The notes under the pieces: model-generated
What the model was told of the DNA's origin: nothing
The model's input: the letters and a program-made list of their open reading frames with translations, nothing else
Database searches by the model: none
In this document: positions 59,560-64,000 of the stretch, in pieces
Position numbering within the stretch: position 1 is the stretch's first letter
Layout: each line of letters opens with the position of its first letter
Translations under genes and position numbers: made by a program
DNA from: Bdellovibrionales bacterium
Lineage (GTDB): Bacteria > Bdellovibrionota > Bdellovibrionia > Bdellovibrionales > UBA1609
DNA: 64,000 nucleotides
Direction: 5' to 3'
Assembly: GCA_041690295.1 (NCBI GenBank)
Contig: JAWLHR010000002.1
Coordinates: 160,001 to 224,000 of the forward strand

Positions 59560-60657
59560 ATGCAACCGCATTATTACAAATTTTGGCGCGAACTCATTAA
59601 ACCGAAAGGTTTTGAGGTCGAGCGTGAGACTCTCACCTCGCGCTATGGAAAGTTCCACGTTCGCCCGCTCGAGCGCGGATTCGGAGTGACTCTCGGAAAC
59701 TCTCTGCGCCGGGTGCTCCTGAGCTCGATGATGGGCTCCGCGGTTTCGGCCGTGAAATTTGAAGGTGTGTTGCACGAGTTCAGCACGATTCCGGACGTTC
59801 TCGAAGACGTGACGGATATCATTTTGAACTTGAAAGAAGTCCGTTTCCGTCAGCACGATCCCGAAACCAAAACTTTGCGCATTTCCAAAACCGGACCGGG
59901 CAAAGTGACGGCCGCTGACATTCAGTTGATCGACGGCATTGAAGTTTTGAATCCGGATCAGCACATCGCCACTCTCGGCAAAGACGCCCGTTTCGAAGCT
60001 GAGCTGATCGTGACTTTCGGCCGCGGTTACGTGGAAGCCGAAGGCCGCTCCAAAGATCTGCCGGTCGGTTACATCGCCGTGGACTCTTTGCACAGCCCGA
60101 TTCGCCGGGTGAACTATGTGGTGAACGCGGCTCGCGTGGGTCAGCGTACCGACTACGATGCTTTGACTTTGGAAGTTTGGACGGACGGTTCTTTGAAACC
60201 GGAAGAGTCCGTGGCTTTGGGTTCGAAGATCTTGAAAGAGCAACTTCAGATCTTCTTAACCTTCGACGAAAACATGGAGCCAGTGGCGGAAGAAGAAGAA
60301 ACACGTTCTCCGCAATTCAACGAAAACCTGTTCCGCTCTGTGGATGATCTTGAACTTTCGGTTCGTTCAGCGAACTGCTTGAAGAATGCCAATATCCGTT
60401 TCATCGGTGAATTGGTGAGCAAAACCGAAGCGGAAATGCTTAAGACCAAGAACTTTGGACGCAAGTCTTTGAATGAAATCAAAGAAATCCTGTCCAATAT
60501 GGGATTGTCCTTGGGCATGAAAGTGGACGGATGGCCGCCTCCGGGATGGGATCCGAACAATCCGGTTAAACCGCAAGCTCCGACTGCCGCGCCTGGTGCC
60601 GTTGCACCCGCCGGTACGCCGGGCACGGCCGTTCGCGGGAACGGTACACCTCAATAA
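59560..60657 (+). CDS. rpoA: RNA polymerase alpha subunit (alternative in-frame ATG at 59545)
   Basis: [32 protein letters not shown]. Confidence 0.98.
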   Translation: MQPHYYKFWRELIKPKGFEVERETLTSRYGKFHVRPLERGFGVTLGNSLRRVLLSSMMGSAVSAVKFEGVLHEFSTIPDVLEDVTDIILNLKEVRFRQHDPETKTLRISKTGPGKVTAADIQLIDGIEVLNPDQHIATLGKDARFEAELIVTFGRGYVEAEGRSKDLPVGYIAVDSLHSPIRRVNYVVNAARVGQRTDYDALTLEVWTDGSLKPEESVALGSKILKEQLQIFLTFDENMEPVAEEEETRSPQFNENLFRSVDDLELSVRSANCLKNANIRFIGELVSKTEAEMLKTKNFGRKSLNEIKEILSNMGLSLGMKVDGWPPPGWDPNNPVKPQAPTAAPGAVAPAGTPGTAVRGNGTPQ

Positions 60658-60684
60658 TTTTTTGATCAGGCACGGAGTGGAGCC

Positions 60685-61185
60685 ATGAGACATAGAGCGA
60701 AAAGACATAACTTTCATAGACGGCCGGGGCCGCGAGTCGCTTTGATTCGGGGGCTTGTCTATTCACTGGTTGAAAACGGCCGAATTAAGACCACTCTGGC
60801 GCGCGCTAAAGAAGTGCGTCGTCATGTGGAGCGGGCGGTGACCCTTGGAAAAGAGGGTTCGCTCCATGCTCGCCGTTTGCTCCTCTCCCGTTATCCCAAT
60901 GACAATGTGGTTTCGATTCTCTGTGGGGATTTGAAAAAGCGCATGGCTAAGCGTCCGGGCGGTTACACTCGCATTATCAAAATCGGCGCTCGGGCCGGCG
61001 ATCAGGCGGATCTCGCTTTCTTGGAATTTGTTGATTATGAGCCGGCGAAAGCCTCGGGCGAAGAAACCGTTAAAGGTGATGCGGGAGCTGAACTTCGCGC
61101 TCGCCGTAGAGCTGTGGCCAAGGCCCGCGCCCGCAAACGCGTGAAGCGCCTTCAAGCTGAGTCACGCCGCGAAGCCCGCGCATAA
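60685..61185 (+). CDS. rplQ: 50S ribosomal protein L17 with a basic C-terminal extension
   Basis: MRHR, IKTT, RPGGYTRI. Confidence 0.97.
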   Translation: MRHRAKRHNFHRRPGPRVALIRGLVYSLVENGRIKTTLARAKEVRRHVERAVTLGKEGSLHARRLLLSRYPNDNVVSILCGDLKKRMAKRPGGYTRIIKIGARAGDQADLAFLEFVDYEPAKASGEETVKGDAGAELRARRRAVAKARARKRVKRLQAESRREARA

Positions 61186-61365
61186 TTTGCGCGGCGATCG
61201 GACTCGCAATGTTCGCGCGTGGTTTGTGCCAAAATCGCGCGAAGCTCGCACTCAATTTGTGGGGATAATGGCTCACGAAACTGGCGCTAAATTTTGCGGA
61301 TCGCCCGCAACTTTCGCGCCAGAGTTATGCCAAGGTAGTGAAGGCTGTTCGTTAGAGAATTTAAA

Positions 61366-61402
61366 AAATAAAAAGGGACCCTGAAGCGGTCCCTTTTTAT
61401 TT
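61366..61402. terminator. Bidirectional intrinsic terminator ending the alpha operon
   Basis: AAATAAAAAGGGACC-N7-GGTCCCTTTTTATTT. Confidence 0.85.
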
Positions 61403-61590
61403 CCCAAAAACCTTAACGAAATTTGATGCACATTTACCAGTTACTTTGACGCCCCTTTACTTAGTCAGACTATGTGCAAAAGCGATACAGAAACTGATCG
61501 TGAGTGAAGCGAGGCCATTCACTTAGCCTGCGCCAGAGTGAGGGACGTAATTTCACATCATCTGCACCAATCCAGTGAAGGTCGCGACGC

Positions 61591-62697
61591 CTACACCAGT
61601 GCTATGATGCGCTTAAATACTGATGACATCTCGTACTCGGTGAGGGCCTTCTCACGGGCTTTTTGGCCGAGGGCGTGGCGGCGTTGGGGGTTCGATAAGA
61701 GAGTGAGCATGGACTCGGCCAGCGAGTCACTCGATTGCGGTTGGCAGAGCAGGCCGCAATCTCCGTAACTTAATATTTCCGGCGTTCCTCCCGAATCCGT
61801 GCCGATGCAGGGCAGGCCCGAGGCCATGGCTTCGAGCATGACGTTGGCGAAGTTTTCCTCATAAGAGGGCATGACGAAAACGTCCAATGCGTTCATCACG
61901 TCGGGGATGTCCGAGCGGAAATCGGTCAGGATCACCTGCGATCCGAGATTCAGCTCGGCGATGCGGGTCTTAACTTCGCGGTCGAACTCGGGTTCGCCAC
62001 CGATGGTGTTGCCACCAACCATCACGAACCGGGCTTGGGGATAAGAGCGTAGGACCTGAGCCGCGGCATTGACGAACTCCATCGAACCTTTCAAGCGGTC
62101 CAAACGGCCGATCAATCCGAAGAGAACGTGCTCGGGGCTTACATTCCATTCGGCGCGGATATCATCGCGGCGATCGCGTGGCGAAAACCGTTTGGTGTCG
62201 ACCCCGTTGGGAATCACCACGAATCGATCAGCGGGAATGGGGAGAAGCCGCTCCAAATAGCTTTTTTGGATCTTGCTAAGAGTGATCATGGAATTCAGGC
62301 GCGAATACACCAGGCGGTGGCCGAAATCTTTTTTGGAGACATCCTTTACGAACATCCGCGCGAAAGCGATCAACTTGGTTTCGGGCAATCCGAAAAGAGC
62401 GGGTGTAATGAGCCAGATGTCGCGCGTGGAATGCATGAACACGGCCCGAGGTTTGATGGTTTCCAAAACTTTGTGGATCCGCCAGGTCGAGCGGGGAGAG
62501 AAATAATCGCGGGGGGTGAAGCTATGATGTGCGAGCCCTTGGGTTTTCAGCGCCTTTTCGATCGGTGAATCAGAGCGGCAAATGGCGGTTGAGTGAAATC
62601 CGGCCTCATGGAAAAGCCGGGTCATCTTGACGGTGGACATTTCCAAACCGCCCCACGCACCTGAGAAACAAATGTTAATAACGGATGGCTGCGCCAT
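61591..62697 (-). CDS. Glycosyltransferase family 4
   Basis: GGLE, IPNGVD, GRL...KG, ENFANVMLEAMASG (EX7E). Confidence 0.9.
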   Translation of the reverse strand: MAQPSVINICFSGAWGGLEMSTVKMTRLFHEAGFHSTAICRSDSPIEKALKTQGLAHHSFTPRDYFSPRSTWRIHKVLETIKPRAVFMHSTRDIWLITPALFGLPETKLIAFARMFVKDVSKKDFGHRLVYSRLNSMITLSKIQKSYLERLLPIPADRFVVIPNGVDTKRFSPRDRRDDIRAEWNVSPEHVLFGLIGRLDRLKGSMEFVNAAAQVLRSYPQARFVMVGGNTIGGEPEFDREVKTRIAELNLGSQVILTDFRSDIPDVMNALDVFVMPSYEENFANVMLEAMASGLPCIGTDSGGTPEILSYGDCGLLCQPQSSDSLAESMLTLLSNPQRRHALGQKAREKALTEYEMSSVFKRIIALV

Positions 62698-62745
62698 TAT
62701 GGTTAAATGTTTAAATCGGTAAGCGCGGTATGTTAAGAGAAATAC

Positions 62746-63390
62746 ATGTGGAGCTTAAAAGGCCTCGGGGTCGTGATTGTCATCGCGGCGATCCTCGCCG
62801 TCCCGCTTTATAAATATTGGGAATTTCTAACCCAAGGAATGCGACCTCCCAAATCCACGCTGATCTTGAATGAACTTGAGAAAAACGGCGTGCCTGATTT
62901 CACTTTGCCCGATCTACAAGATCGCCCGGTCGCTCTCAAGGACTTCAAAGGCAAGGTCACTTTGGTGAATATTTGGGCCACATGGTGCGCGCCATGCATC
63001 AAGGAGTTTCCGTCCCTCAAAGGGTTGGTCGAACATTTTAAGGGCGATCTGGTGGTGTTGGCGATCTCACAGGATAAAGACAAGGAAGATATCATCAGCT
63101 TTGTGCGCGCCTTCGGCGATCTCCCCGAGGGATTCGTCATCGTGTGGGATAAAGATAAATCCATGAATCAGATTTTTCATACCCAAGCGTTACCGGAAAC
63201 CTACATTCTTTCCACCGAACACAAGCTTCTGCGCAAAATCGCGGGCGAAACGATCTGGGACGATAAGATGGCGATCAGTTTCTTCAACACGCTCATCAAC
63301 GGAACCAACATCAGTCCCCACGCTCCAATGGGCAGTGAAAATCCCCACGTAAAGACGCCTGAAAAATCCGAAGGCATTAAAACCCACTAA
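62746..63390 (+). CDS. TlpA/ResA-like membrane-anchored thiol-disulfide oxidoreductase
   Basis: N-terminal TM, NIWATWCAPC, LPET. Confidence 0.9.
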   Translation: MWSLKGLGVVIVIAAILAVPLYKYWEFLTQGMRPPKSTLILNELEKNGVPDFTLPDLQDRPVALKDFKGKVTLVNIWATWCAPCIKEFPSLKGLVEHFKGDLVVLAISQDKDKEDIISFVRAFGDLPEGFVIVWDKDKSMNQIFHTQALPETYILSTEHKLLRKIAGETIWDDKMAISFFNTLINGTNISPHAPMGSENPHVKTPEKSEGIKTH

Positions 63391-63451
63391 AGCGTACAAG
63401 CCCGATGATTCTTAACACCGTACATGCGTGATGAAATCATCGGGCTCATTA

Positions 63452-64000
63452 TCAAGCTTCGTCGGGGCCGACTTCGCGTTGAGCCGGAGCTTCCTTCGGG
63501 GCTGGTAAAGGCTTTTGATCGATTTCCGGAGCCGGCATGCCGAAGCCGTAGGGATTCGTGCTCGGTTTCATCGATTTGCAGGCCACCATTATGGCCACTG
63601 TGTCCATGACCCGGCCCGATCGGACCTCGGCTAAATCGGATGCGATAGAACCGTTAAATCCAAGGTTATACGTGTAATAGCCGAGCTTCAGCTTTTGTGA
63701 GCTGAACTTTTTGCTGAATTCATTGATCACATCGTCATACTTCGAAAGAATGGTGGCGCAAAGTTGCGCTTGGGCCAGATCACGGTCCAAGGAATGGGTC
63801 TCATCGAGTCGCGCGCAGAGGTCGCGATCATAGGTCACGAAGGTGTCGCTCTTTCGGCCTTTGTTTATTTTTACCGTCGTGCGATTGAGCGCAGTTAACG
63901 GATTAAACGCTTCCGAGTTGTAAGTGTAGGTTGTGACGGTGGGAGCTTTATTGAGATCGGATCCTTCGCCGATAATCAGTGAACTGATCTTGTTGCCGGT
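63452..64000 (-). CDS. Hypothetical protein, 5' end beyond the window
   Basis: Frame of ORF 63452..63838 stays open to base 64000 (TGNKISSLIIGEG...). Confidence 0.6.
   Translation of the reverse strand, partial: TGNKISSLIIGEGSDLNKAPTVTTYTYNSEAFNPLTALNRTTVKINKGRKSDTFVTYDRDLCARLDETHSLDRDLAQAQLCATILSKYDDVINEFSKKFSSQKLKLGYYTYNLGFNGSIASDLAEVRSGRVMDTVAIMVACKSMKPSTNPYGFGMPAPEIDQKPLPAPKEAPAQREVGPDEA

Overview
Core chromosomal region of a Bdellovibrionota-like (Bdellovibrionales-type) bacterium. The lineage is inferred from the 277-aa MGMRI- flagellin, the MQxHYYKFW RpoA start and the delta-type EF-G in the str locus. In order: the end of a split NADH dehydrogenase I cluster (nuoD'EFGI, no nuoH); envelope and repair genes (ugd, UPF0104, recO, a TPR/beta-barrel protein paired with a FecR-domain protein, gmhB, xerC); a sigma54 activator without a sensory domain; and a small accessory patch (methyltransferase, Cys-rich lipoprotein, a stop-interrupted pilin-like gene with a lectin-like tip plus a decayed tandem copy). 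Next come a charge-segregated histone-H1-like protein, flagellin with a GGA-rich leader, clpB, rib genes with a degenerate cyclohydrolase domain, ntrYX, proS, pyrF, a TrmH methylase and five tRNAs. The tuf-secE-nusG-rplKAJL-rpoBC-str-S10-spc-alpha supercluster lacks rplX, rpsN, rpsD, rpmG and the str tuf. No CRISPR, rRNA, transposase or reverse transcriptase is visible. Family calls come from motif recognition by eye; no searches were run.
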